Of a DNA stretch of 64,000 nucleotides, positions 1 through 9,578 are shown in pieces. The notes beneath the pieces were generated by a model. The model was given only the letters and a program-made list of their open reading frames with translations, was not told the origin of the DNA and searched no databases. The stretch covers positions 1-64,000 of the IMG/VR virus record IMGVR_UViG_3300043446_003177; one strand, written 5' to 3'. Position 1 is the first letter of the stretch, and every line of letters begins with the position of its first letter. The position numbers were made by a program, and so were the translations under genes. This DNA is from a virus.

Positions 1-3000
1 ATTATGGTCCATTACTAGGTCCATATACTAATATTGATATTTCTGGTGCAGCTTCTGCTGAAGTATTTGTTGCAAATCCACCAGAAGATATTGCTCTAGG
101 TACATTCTCTGGTGTCCTTGTAGAGAAGAAGGTTGCTGTAGAAGTTGGTTCTGGAACTATTACTCTAAGTGGTGATGCTATTACTTCTCGTGAGGGAGAA
201 ATAATATTTACAACTTCTGGAACCATTGATGTTTCTGGATCACTCATTGAGAACAGAAGATCCGTTGAAATTGGTAGAGGAACATTATCTGCCCTTTCTG
301 GATCTGCAGAATCTAAGGGATCTAATCCACCAGAAGATACTGCTCTAGGAACATTCTCTGGTGTCCTTGTAGAGAAGAGAACTGCATCTGAAGTTGGTAT
401 CGGAACCATCAGTATTTCTGGTTCTGTTGTAGATAACAGAGTTGCTTCTAATGTTGGTCTTGGAACCATTAATGTTTCTGGATCACTCATTGAGAATAGA
501 AGATCCGTTGAAGTTGGAATTGGAACTCTATCAGGACTCTCTGGTTCTGCAGAATCCAAGACTATTTCATATAACGAATCATCCATCGCAGTAGATGGTG
601 ACTATGGATTTATAGGTTCTGTTGTAACTGAGTTTGCTGATTATGGTACTCTTGGATCTGTTTTAGAAGCAACTGATTATGGAATTTTAACATCACCTAA
701 GACTCCATTTGGTCTCTTTACTATTTCTATTGATAAAGTTGAGAAGAAGATATACAACTACAATGAGTTCTCCATAGTCTTCTATGATGGAACAGAAGAT
801 TATGGTTCTATTGGTGTCTCTACTTCTTATGAAAACAATGGTTCTATTATTGATTATGCTCCATATGATGACTTTGGAACTATTTCTGGGCTTAGAAATG
901 AGACTGTAAATCCATTTGGAACCATTAATGTTTCTGGTTCTTCAGAAATAGACTTTATTGGGGCTAAGATTCATGAAGGTTCTGGAACCATTAATATTTC
1001 TGGATCTGGTGTTGAGAAGAGAATAAGTTATAATGTTGGTTTAGGTACACTTTCTGCCCTTTCTGGTTCTTCAGAATCTAAGGGATCTAATCCACCAGAA
1101 GATACTGCTTTAGGAACATTCTCGGGCGTACTTCGTGAGAAGAAAACTGCATCCGAAGTCGGTCTTGGAACCATTAGTATTTCTGGTTCCGTATCTGACT
1201 TCTTTATTGAATCTCAAGTACATCGTGGATCCGGAACCATTAATGTTTCTGGATCTCTCAATGAAAACAGAAGATCTGTTGAAGTTGGATTCGGTACATT
1301 AACAGCACTTTCTGGATCTGCATCTGTTCTTGGAGTAAATCCGCCAGAAGACACTGCTCTAGGAACATTCTCTGGAACTAATGTTGAAAAGATAACTTAC
1401 AATTATAATGAGACTTCTAATCTTTATGTTGTAGAAATTATTGAACCTTATGGATCAATTAATGATCCTGTTACTGATTCAGAAAACTATGGAGCAATAT
1501 TAGATGCTTCTACTTTAACTGATAGTTATGGATATTTGTCTGATGGTACGAACATAGCTGCATTTGGAACCATTAATATTTCTGGTGCTTCTGATATTAA
1601 TTTTATTACACTTAGAACCCATGAAAGTTCTGGAACTATTAATGCTTCCGGATTACTTGATGAAAGAAGAACCTTTAGTTACATCTCATCTCCATATGAT
1701 GATTATGGATTCATAATTAACACAACAGATTATGATGAAAATTATGGATTGATAATCAACTCTACTTCTTACATTGATTATGGTCCATTACTAGGTCCAT
1801 ATACTAATATTGATATTTCTGGTGCAGCTTCTGCTGAAGTATTTGTTGCAAATCCACCAGAAGATATTGCTCTAGGTACATTCTCTGGTGTCCTTGTAGA
1901 GAAAATTACAGCATCTGAAGTCGGTCTTGGAACTATTACTCTAAGTGGTAATGCTATTACTTCTCGTGAGGGAGAAATAATATTTACAACTTCTGGAACC
2001 ATCAATGTTTCTGGATCTCTTGTTGAAAACAGAAGATCGGTTGAAATTGGTAGAGGAACATTATCAGCACTTTCTGGTTCTGCAGTTGCTTTTGGTGCAA
2101 ATCCAAGAGAAGATACTGCTTTAGGAACATTCTCAGGTGTACTTCGTGAGAAGAGAACTGCATCCGAAGTTGGTCTTGGAACTATTACTCTAAGTGGTAG
2201 TGTTTTTGATTCTAGAATTATTTCTAATGTTGGTCTTGGAACCATTAGTGTTTCTGGATCACTCATTGAAAACAGAAGAGTATCCGAAGTTGGAATTGGA
2301 ACTCTATCAGGACTTTCTGGTTCTGCAGAATCTAAGACTATTTCTTATAATGAATCTTCTGTTGCTGTAGATGGTGACTATGGATTCATTGGATCACCAG
2401 TAACAGAATTTGCTGATTATGGTAGTCTTGGAACTGTTCTAGAAGCCAGTGATTATGGAATCTTAACATCACCTAAGACTCCATTTGGTCTCTTTACTAT
2501 TTCTGTTGATAGAATAGAGAAGAAGATATACAACTACAACCAATTCTCCATAGTCTTCTATGATGGAACAGAAGACTATGGTTCTATTGGGGTCTCTACT
2601 TCTTATGAAGATAATGGTTCTATTGTAGATCTTGCTTCATATGATGACTTTGGAACCATTGTTGGTCTTAGAAATGAGACTGTAAATCCATTTGGAACGA
2701 TTAGCATCTCTGGTAATGTAGAAGAAACCTTTATTGGGGCAAAAGTTCAAGAAGGTTCTGGAACCATTAATATTTCCGGATCACTCATTGAGAACAGAAG
2801 ATCCTCCGAAGTTGGATTCGGTACATTAACAGCACTTTCTGGATCTGCAGTTGCATTTGGTGCAAATCCAAGAGAAGATACTGCTTTAGGAACATTCTCC
2901 GGTGTACTTCGTGAGAAGAGAACTGCATCCGAAGTTGGTCTTGGAACTATTACTCTAAGTGGTAATGTACTTGATGCATTTATAGAATCTCAAGTACATC

Positions 3001-3690
3001 GTGGATCCGGAACCATTAATGTTTCTGGATCTCTCAATGAAAACAGAAGATCTGTTGAAGTTGGATTCGGTACATTAACAGCACTTTCTGGATCTGCAGT
3101 TGCATTTGGTGCAAACCCAAGTGAAGATACTGCTTTAGGAACATTCTCGGGTGTCCTTCTTGAGAAGAAATCTGCTGCAGAAGTTGGTCTTGGAACCATC
3201 ATCATTTCCGGATCTGCTGGTGAAGACTTTGTTGGACAACAAATTCATCAAGGTTCCGGAACCATTAATGTTTCTGGAGCACTTATACAATCCTTTACTC
3301 CAGCAACAGAAGTTGGATCTGGATCTATTTCTGCACTTTCTGGTTCTGCAGAAGTATTTGGTGCAAACCCAGAAGAAGATACACTATTTGGAACATTCTC
3401 TGGTGTACTTGTAGAGAGTACTACAGCATCTGAAATTGGTATTGGAACCATTAGAGTTTCTGGTGATGCTGGAACATCTCCACTACAACCTTTTGTTGGT
3501 CTTGGAACCATTAATACTTCTGGTTCTCTGAATGAAAATAAAACATTCAGTTACATCTCATCTCCATATGATGATTATGGATTCATCATTAACACAACAG
3601 ATTATGATGAGAATTATGGTCTCGTAGTCGATCCAACTTCTTATATTGATTATGGTCCATTACTAGGACCTTATACTAATATTGATATTT
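1..3690 (+). repeat. Near-identical intragenic direct super-repeats
   Basis: ATTATGGTCCATTACTAGG occurs at 1, 1777 and 3649 (offsets 1776 and 1872 nt, both multiples of 3). Further shared blocks include ~530-930 vs ~2300-2700 and ~1100-1330 vs ~2875-3100. Confidence 0.9.
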
Positions 3691-5816
3691 CTGGATCAGC
3701 TATTACATCTGAGAATGATATTTTTGACCAGAATATTGGATCTGGTACGATAACTGTATCTGTAGATAAAGTTGAAAATAGAACATACAACTACAATGAG
3801 TTCTCAATAGTCTTCTACGATGGAACAGAAGACTATGGTTCTATTGGTATTTCCACCTCTTATGAGAACAATGGATTAATTATAGATCTTGCTCCATATG
3901 ATAACTTTGGAACCATTGCTGGTCTTAGAAACGAGACTGTAAGATCCTTTGGAACCATTAATGTTTCTGGAGGCATCAGAACTGATCTTCAGGTTTACAT
4001 ACCAAATTATCCTGGATCTGGAAGCATCAATATTTCTGGAGCACTTAAGCAATCCTTTACTCCAGCAACAGAAATTGGTTCTGGTACATTATCTGCACTT
4101 TCTGGATCTGCAGTTGCCTTTGGTGCAAACCCAGCAGAAGATACTGCTCTAGGTACATTCTCTGGTGTCCTTGTAGAGAAGAAAACTGCATCTGAAGTTG
4201 GTATCGGAACCATCAGTATTTCTGGTACATCTGATAATGCTAATGGTTATGTTTATGTTGGAACAGGAACAGCGTTCGGTATAGATGGTCTTTCAGAATC
4301 CTTTACATCTAATAATGAGTCTACTACTCTCATTAATATTTCTGGATCTGCTATTGATGTATTTAATTCTGTTTATACTAAGGAGGGATCTGGATCTGTT
4401 AATGCTTCTGGATTAGTAACTGAGTCTAAATCTCAAGTTTATATTGGATCTGGGTTATTATTTAATGTTACTGGATATCCAGAATATATTGGTAAAGGAG
4501 ACAATCTATGGGTTGGATCTGGAAGTATTTCAATTATTTCTGGATCTGCTGTTGTCTTTGGTGCAAATCCAGCAGAAGATACTGCTTTAGGAGTATTCTC
4601 TGGTTCAGCTCAGACCAAACTCAATTCTCTTTATGTTGAGTCTGGTATTGGAACAATTACCGTATCTGCTGGATTCACCACAGATCGTCAAGTATATGTT
4701 CCATTACATACTGGAAGTGGACAACTATCTGTACTGGATGGATCTGCTGAGACATATGGTCCAAGTCCAGATGAAGACGCCACACTCTTTAATCTTTCTG
4801 GTGTTGGTAAAGAATCATTTACACCAGCAACGGCAATTGGATTTGGTACAATCTTTACTTTATCTGGTTCTTCAGAATCCTTTGGTGCAAATCCACCAGA
4901 AGATACTGCACTTGGACTTTTCTCTGGTGCATCAGAAAACAGATTTATTGCTGTCTATACCCAGATTGGTATTGGTACGATTAATGTTTCTGGAGGTATT
5001 AGAACTGACCTTCAGGTTTATGTACCAAATTATCCTGGTTCTGGAAGCATTCAGATTTCTGGATCACGTAAAGAATCCTTTACACCAGCAACCGCAATTG
5101 GATTTGGTACAATCTTTACTCTTGTCGGATCGTCCGAATCCTTTGGTGCAAATCCACCAGAAGACACTGCACTTGGAGTTTTCTCAGGAACTAATATCGA
5201 GAAGAGAATCTATGCATTTGGTGGATCTGAGATTGTATCAATTTCTGGTTCTTCTTCCAGTAAGAAAGTATTCTCTTATGATGGAGCAGGATCATTCTCT
5301 GCACTGTCTGGATCTGCAGAATCTGCCCAATTCAACCCACCAGAAGATACTGTACTTGTAACATTATCTGGATCTGCTTCTGCCCCAACAACGAGAGTAC
5401 ATGTTGGAGCAGGATCATTTTCTGCACTATCTGGATCTGCAGAATCTGTTGGGTTTAATCCAACAGAAGATACTGCTCTATTCACTATTTCTGGATCCTC
5501 AGTTGATCGCTTTATTTCTAGATTCACAGAAGTTGGATCTGGAACGATACAAATATCTGGATCCAATGAACAAAACGTACAAGTTTATGTTCCAGCATAT
5601 CCTGGAAGTGGAAGTATTTCTATACTTTCTGGATCTGCAGAAGTATTCGGAGCAAATCCTGCAGAGGATATCGCACTCTTCAATATTTTTGGATCTGGTA
5701 GAGAGTCATTCACTCCAGCAACATACATTTCCTCAGGAATTGCTACTATTTCTGGGGTTGGAATTGCAGTTACAATTCCATTTGTTCCTGGATTTGTATT
5801 TGTACAGATCATTTAA
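3..5816 (+). CDS. Giant Gly/Ser/Thr-rich repeat protein, probably virion structural or fibre; 5' end lies outside the window
   Basis: Frame 3 reads open from base 3 (YGPLLGPYTNIDISGAASAE...) into the track ORF 1536..5816. It is built from ~20-aa GxGT(I/L)x(I/V)SG modules, xNPxEDTALGTFSG modules and DYG-rich modules. Confidence 0.75.
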   Translation, partial: YGPLLGPYTNIDISGAASAEVFVANPPEDIALGTFSGVLVEKKVAVEVGSGTITLSGDAITSREGEIIFTTSGTIDVSGSLIENRRSVEIGRGTLSALSGSAESKGSNPPEDTALGTFSGVLVEKRTASEVGIGTISISGSVVDNRVASNVGLGTINVSGSLIENRRSVEVGIGTLSGLSGSAESKTISYNESSIAVDGDYGFIGSVVTEFADYGTLGSVLEATDYGILTSPKTPFGLFTISIDKVEKKIYNYNEFSIVFYDGTEDYGSIGVSTSYENNGSIIDYAPYDDFGTISGLRNETVNPFGTINVSGSSEIDFIGAKIHEGSGTINISGSGVEKRISYNVGLGTLSALSGSSESKGSNPPEDTALGTFSGVLREKKTASEVGLGTISISGSVSDFFIESQVHRGSGTINVSGSLNENRRSVEVGFGTLTALSGSASVLGVNPPEDTALGTFSGTNVEKITYNYNETSNLYVVEIIEPYGSINDPVTDSENYGAILDASTLTDSYGYLSDGTNIAAFGTINISGASDINFITLRTHESSGTINASGLLDERRTFSYISSPYDDYGFIINTTDYDENYGLIINSTSYIDYGPLLGPYTNIDISGAASAEVFVANPPEDIALGTFSGVLVEKITASEVGLGTITLSGNAITSREGEIIFTTSGTINVSGSLVENRRSVEIGRGTLSALSGSAVAFGANPREDTALGTFSGVLREKRTASEVGLGTITLSGSVFDSRIISNVGLGTISVSGSLIENRRVSEVGIGTLSGLSGSAESKTISYNESSVAVDGDYGFIGSPVTEFADYGSLGTVLEASDYGILTSPKTPFGLFTISVDRIEKKIYNYNQFSIVFYDGTEDYGSIGVSTSYEDNGSIVDLASYDDFGTIVGLRNETVNPFGTISISGNVEETFIGAKVQEGSGTINISGSLIENRRSSEVGFGTLTALSGSAVAFGANPREDTALGTFSGVLREKRTASEVGLGTITLSGNVLDAFIESQVHRGSGTINVSGSLNENRRSVEVGFGTLTALSGSAVAFGANPSEDTALGTFSGVLLEKKSAAEVGLGTIIISGSAGEDFVGQQIHQGSGTINVSGALIQSFTPATEVGSGSISALSGSAEVFGANPEEDTLFGTFSGVLVESTTASEIGIGTIRVSGDAGTSPLQPFVGLGTINTSGSLNENKTFSYISSPYDDYGFIINTTDYDENYGLVVDPTSYIDYGPLLGPYTNIDISGSAITSENDIFDQNIGSGTITVSVDKVENRTYNYNEFSIVFYDGTEDYGSIGISTSYENNGLIIDLAPYDNFGTIAGLRNETVRSFGTINVSGGIRTDLQVYIPNYPGSGSINISGALKQSFTPATEIGSGTLSALSGSAVAFGANPAEDTALGTFSGVLVEKKTASEVGIGTISISGTSDNANGYVYVGTGTAFGIDGLSESFTSNNESTTLINISGSAIDVFNSVYTKEGSGSVNASGLVTESKSQVYIGSGLLFNVTGYPEYIGKGDNLWVGSGSISIISGSAVVFGANPAEDTALGVFSGSAQTKLNSLYVESGIGTITVSAGFTTDRQVYVPLHTGSGQLSVLDGSAETYGPSPDEDATLFNLSGVGKESFTPATAIGFGTIFTLSGSSESFGANPPEDTALGLFSGASENRFIAVYTQIGIGTINVSGGIRTDLQVYVPNYPGSGSIQISGSRKESFTPATAIGFGTIFTLVGSSESFGANPPEDTALGVFSGTNIEKRIYAFGGSEIVSISGSSSSKKVFSYDGAGSFSALSGSAESAQFNPPEDTVLVTLSGSASAPTTRVHVGAGSFSALSGSAESVGFNPTEDTALFTISGSSVDRFISRFTEVGSGTIQISGSNEQNVQVYVPAYPGSGSISILSGSAEVFGANPAEDIALFNIFGSGRESFTPATYISSGIATISGVGIAVTIPFVPGFVFVQII

Positions 5817-5838
5817 TGATTTGAACAGTTTTTACAGT

Positions 5839-5846
5839 TATAAATA
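5839..5846 (+). promoter_or_regulatory. T4-type late promoter TATAAATA
   Basis: Exact T4 late consensus 30 nt upstream of the ATG at 5877. Related (A/C)TAAATA boxes lie near 9317, 9541, 12730, 16799, 24680, 40403, 44229, 49888 and 55066, each before a gene start. Confidence 0.75.
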
Positions 5847-5876
5847 TAATTAACAAGAAATTAATCGCTTAAAATA

Positions 5877-7829
5877 ATGACGAAAGGCGTACAGTTTAGA
5901 AGAGGAAACACTTCTCAGCATGATTTATTTTCTGGTGCAGAGGGTGAAATCACTGTAGATACAGATAAGAAAATTGCTGTTGTTCAAGATGGTGCTAAAG
6001 CTGGCGGATACCCACTAGTTGGAACTGGAGTCACGCAAACTTTATCGAATAAAGAATTTTCTGGTGTTACTACATTTACAAATTCTGATAATACTTCAAC
6101 AGTTAGTATTGGTATTGGAACAACATCTGGTGTTGCACTGAAAATTACTCACACTGGTTCAGGTAATGCTTTTGTAGTTGAAGATGTTAGTCCAGATTCA
6201 ACTCCTTTTGTAATTGATGCAACTGGTAATGTTGGTATTGGAACAACGATTCCAAACTATGAGTTATCTGTTCTTGGAACAGGAGTTACTGCGACAACTC
6301 CTGGTCTCGCTGGGGTAATTGCTGAATTTGTTGGGTATACAACTACATATACTCAATTTAATTTAAGAAATACAGAAGGTATTAGTACTACAGCATCTGC
6401 CGACTTTATTGTAACTGCAGATATTGGAACCGATACTACTAATTATATTGACTTAGGAGTTAATAACGGTAGTTTTGCACAAAGCGACAGTTGGAGTATT
6501 AATGGTGCATTAGATGGATATTTATATTCTCAGACTGGCGGGCTTGCTATTGGTGTTGCTGCAAATACTGGTAATAAGAGATTATCTTTATTTGCTGGAG
6601 GACTTTCCGCATCAAGTGAAAGAGTAGCAATTACGACCACTGGTGTTGGTATAGGTACAACTAATCCAGTAGCTCAATTGCAAATTGGGTCGTTACTTAC
6701 AAACCCAAATGCTGGATTTGGTTCTTTTGCTATTGTTGATAGCTTTGGAAGAATTGGTATTGGAACCACAAATCTTACACAAAATGGTGCTATTATTCAA
6801 GTTGGAGCGGCTGATACAACTTCTATATTCATTTTAGATAATAATGGTGAGGTTGGTATTGGAACCAGTCGCCCATCGGCAAAATTACATATTGCTTTAT
6901 CTCGTTTTACTCCTGGTGGTATTGCTGGTATATTCTCAGGTTCAACAACTGCTGATGTAGTTCAAATTTCCAATCTTGGAGCATCTGGAAATGCCCTAAG
7001 AGTTGGTGTTGGATCTACTGCAGTACCTACTTTGCTTGTCGCTGCAAATAGTATTACAACCTCGCCTGGTACTGTTGGTGTTGGTTCTGTTGGATTCGGA
7101 ACCGCTGTACCAAACTCTCTAGTTGATATTTACGGAAGCGTTAACGTAACTGATGGGGCTGGTGGTATTGGTATTGTTACTGCAAATATGTTCAGGATAA
7201 AACAATATCCTGCGAGTGGTGGTTATACTTCTGCAGTTGGTCTTGGATCAACAGGATCTATACATCATACCTTTGAAGGATTATTAGTATTCTCATCTGG
7301 TGTTGGTACTCACGGTAAGAATCTTATACCAACAGAAACTTTCCACAGACTTGCAGCAGATAGAACTACATTTGCCTCTGCTTCGGCTGCTAACGCATTT
7401 TTTGGTGCTGCAACTCCACTTGCTCCTAGTGGTCTTTATGAAATTAATTATGATATCTATTACAGCAGAAGCACTACTGGAATTACCACATTTAGAATCA
7501 CTAATACAGCAGCCAATGCTGCAATTGTTTCATTAGATGCTACCTCAACTTCTGGTATTAGCACAATTGGTCAAGTTGGTATTGTTCAGATGGTAGCACA
7601 TGCACCAACTACAATGAGTGCAACCAACCCTGGATTAGGATTTAGTTTCTCAAATGGTACTAATAACTTTGCTAGAATCAGAGTTGTCGCTGCGAATACT
7701 AACAGTACAACTAATTTAAGACTAGATGTTCAAAGTTCAGGTGGAACGTTAACTCCTCTCCAAAATAGTATGTGGAAGTGCAGATACCTTGGGGATATTT
7801 CTACACTCGGCATTGGATTAACTGCATAA
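5877..7829 (+). CDS. Tail fibre-like protein with N-terminal Mtd_N-type domain
   Basis: N-terminus VQFRRGNTSQH...GAEGEITVDTDKK; repeated GNVGIGTTxP fibre motifs. Confidence 0.7.
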   Translation: MTKGVQFRRGNTSQHDLFSGAEGEITVDTDKKIAVVQDGAKAGGYPLVGTGVTQTLSNKEFSGVTTFTNSDNTSTVSIGIGTTSGVALKITHTGSGNAFVVEDVSPDSTPFVIDATGNVGIGTTIPNYELSVLGTGVTATTPGLAGVIAEFVGYTTTYTQFNLRNTEGISTTASADFIVTADIGTDTTNYIDLGVNNGSFAQSDSWSINGALDGYLYSQTGGLAIGVAANTGNKRLSLFAGGLSASSERVAITTTGVGIGTTNPVAQLQIGSLLTNPNAGFGSFAIVDSFGRIGIGTTNLTQNGAIIQVGAADTTSIFILDNNGEVGIGTSRPSAKLHIALSRFTPGGIAGIFSGSTTADVVQISNLGASGNALRVGVGSTAVPTLLVAANSITTSPGTVGVGSVGFGTAVPNSLVDIYGSVNVTDGAGGIGIVTANMFRIKQYPASGGYTSAVGLGSTGSIHHTFEGLLVFSSGVGTHGKNLIPTETFHRLAADRTTFASASAANAFFGAATPLAPSGLYEINYDIYYSRSTTGITTFRITNTAANAAIVSLDATSTSGISTIGQVGIVQMVAHAPTTMSATNPGLGFSFSNGTNNFARIRVVAANTNSTTNLRLDVQSSGGTLTPLQNSMWKCRYLGDISTLGIGLTA

Positions 7830-7859
7830 TTTTGATACTTAATTTTTGGGTGTTACTTA

Positions 7860-9311
7860 ATGGCTAAGCAGGTAAGGTTTCGTGCAGGGAGCAGCGCCGA
7901 TCATAGTAATTTTACTGGCGCTGCTTCTGAAGTTACAGTAGATAGCGATAAAAAAGTTCTTATTGTTCATGATGGAAGCAAACAAGGTGGGTACGAACTT
8001 GTCGGTACTGCTGTAACTCAAACCTTATCAAATAAACAATTTACTGGTGTTACAACATTTACTGGAAATGTAAGTTTAGGAACCACAAATCCAGTAGGTC
8101 AATTACAAGTTTCATCTGGTCCAGTTATTATAGGTGCAGCAACTTCTACAGGAACAGCATCACAGAGACTTCAAGTCACTGGTGGTGCTTATATTTCTGG
8201 TTCTGTTGGTATAGGAACCACAAATCCAACAAGTGCCCTTACAGTAAAAGGAAATACTTCTCTTGAAACTTTAAATGTTTCTGGTATTTCTACTTTTTCT
8301 AATACTATTAGATTCCAGAGCAGTGCTACCTTTAGCGATTTTGCTAGAGTTAAATTTGGAGATGGTGAAGATTTAGAGATAGTTCACGATGGAGATAATT
8401 CTTCTATTTATAATAGTACTGGAAGATTAGATATATCATCAAATAATGGTATATATTTATATAATACTGGACAATCTTATATAAAATGTCTTCCTACTAA
8501 TTTTTCTGTAGAACTTTATTATAATAATTCTAAGAAGTTTCAAACACTTGGAACTGGTGTAACAGTCACTGGAACTACCTTCACAAATCAGTTAAGTGTT
8601 TCTGGTGGTGGATACTTCAGTGGTAATGTTGGTATTGGAACAACAATTGCAACCGAAGCATTATCAGTTCTTCCTAAATTGCAGATACTTAATAATTCAA
8701 ATGCGGACGGTAGAATTATTCTGAGAGCAAAACCAGGAAATTCTTATCGTTGGAATATTGATAATGATGGTAGTACAAATGACTTAAGATTTTTCAGAGA
8801 GGATGATGCCGATGCTGCAAATGGAACAGTACCACTATCAATTACTCCGACAGGAAATGCAACTCTATCTGGTAATCTAAATGCTGCTGGAAATTATTTT
8901 GTAAAAATTGCAAGAACATCCAATCAAACTATAACTTCTGGTGCTGATACATTAATTGGATTTTCTACGGTTACTGATAGTAATGGTTGGTTTAATGCAT
9001 CAAATAATCGTATCACTCCAACTGTTGCTGGAAATTATTATATAAGTGCTATGGTAAACTGGGCAGCAGGTTCAGCAACAAATGTTGTTCAATCAAATAT
9101 TCAAATAAGAAAAACAGGAACTACGATTGCACTATCTCAAATTGGAATACAAACGCACCCATATACAATGAATGTTTGTGCTATTGCAACTCTGAATGGT
9201 AGTACCGATTATATTGAATTTACTGCTTATACTGGAAACCCAACAAGTCAAGTTGTTAGTGGAGATGCTACTGGAACTTTAACAAAATTAGAACTATTTA
9301 AACTTAATTGA
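7860..9311 (+). CDS. Tail fibre-like protein with Mtd_N-type head and C1q/TNF-like C-terminal domain
   Basis: N-terminus KQVRFRAGSSADH...EVTVDSDKK; VGIGTTNP repeats; C-terminal WFNASNNRITPTVAGNYYISA...LNGSTDYIE. Confidence 0.65.
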   Translation: MAKQVRFRAGSSADHSNFTGAASEVTVDSDKKVLIVHDGSKQGGYELVGTAVTQTLSNKQFTGVTTFTGNVSLGTTNPVGQLQVSSGPVIIGAATSTGTASQRLQVTGGAYISGSVGIGTTNPTSALTVKGNTSLETLNVSGISTFSNTIRFQSSATFSDFARVKFGDGEDLEIVHDGDNSSIYNSTGRLDISSNNGIYLYNTGQSYIKCLPTNFSVELYYNNSKKFQTLGTGVTVTGTTFTNQLSVSGGGYFSGNVGIGTTIATEALSVLPKLQILNNSNADGRIILRAKPGNSYRWNIDNDGSTNDLRFFREDDADAANGTVPLSITPTGNATLSGNLNAAGNYFVKIARTSNQTITSGADTLIGFSTVTDSNGWFNASNNRITPTVAGNYYISAMVNWAAGSATNVVQSNIQIRKTGTTIALSQIGIQTHPYTMNVCAIATLNGSTDYIEFTAYTGNPTSQVVSGDATGTLTKLELFKLN

Positions 9312-9347
9312 TACTAATAAATAATAGTATAAAAAAGCTTTAGATTC

Positions 9348-9536
9348 ATGGCTAAGCAAGTACAGTTAAGAAGGGGTACAACTGCTCAACATGCAACTTT
9401 TACTGGTGCTGAGGGAGAAGTAACTTATGATACTGAAAAAAAAGTTTTAATTGCTCATGATGGTCAAACACAAGCTGGATATGAATTAACTCGCAAGGTA
9501 CAATCTATTGCTTTTGCAATTGCTCTTGGTAGTTGA
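9348..9536 (+). CDS. Stand-alone Mtd_N-type small protein (62 aa)
   Basis: MAKQVQLRRGTTAQHATFTGAEGEVTYDTEKK is paralogous to the two upstream N-termini; ends IAFAIALGS; has its own late promoter near 9317. Confidence 0.7.
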   Translation: MAKQVQLRRGTTAQHATFTGAEGEVTYDTEKKVLIAHDGQTQAGYELTRKVQSIAFAIALGS

Positions 9537-9578
9537 ATTCATAAATACTAGTAATAAAAGTAAGAGAAGTTATCGCTA

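Noticed and set aside
1536-1538. TTG start of the giant ORF given by the track
   Set aside because: The frame is open upstream to the window edge with the same repeats, so the true start lies outside the window.
2-5812. Multiple minus-strand ORFs (2..586, 1778..2266 and others) and alternative-frame plus ORFs
   Set aside because: They are shadows of the repetitive Gly/Ser/Thr codons of the giant plus-strand gene.
1-5816. CRISPR array
   Set aside because: The repeats are in-frame, degenerate at third positions and lack a constant repeat / unique spacer structure.
5877-9536. Diversity-generating retroelement suggested by the Mtd_N-type domains
   Set aside because: No reverse transcriptase and no TR/VR pair differing at adenines were seen in the window; Mtd_N is only the anchoring domain.
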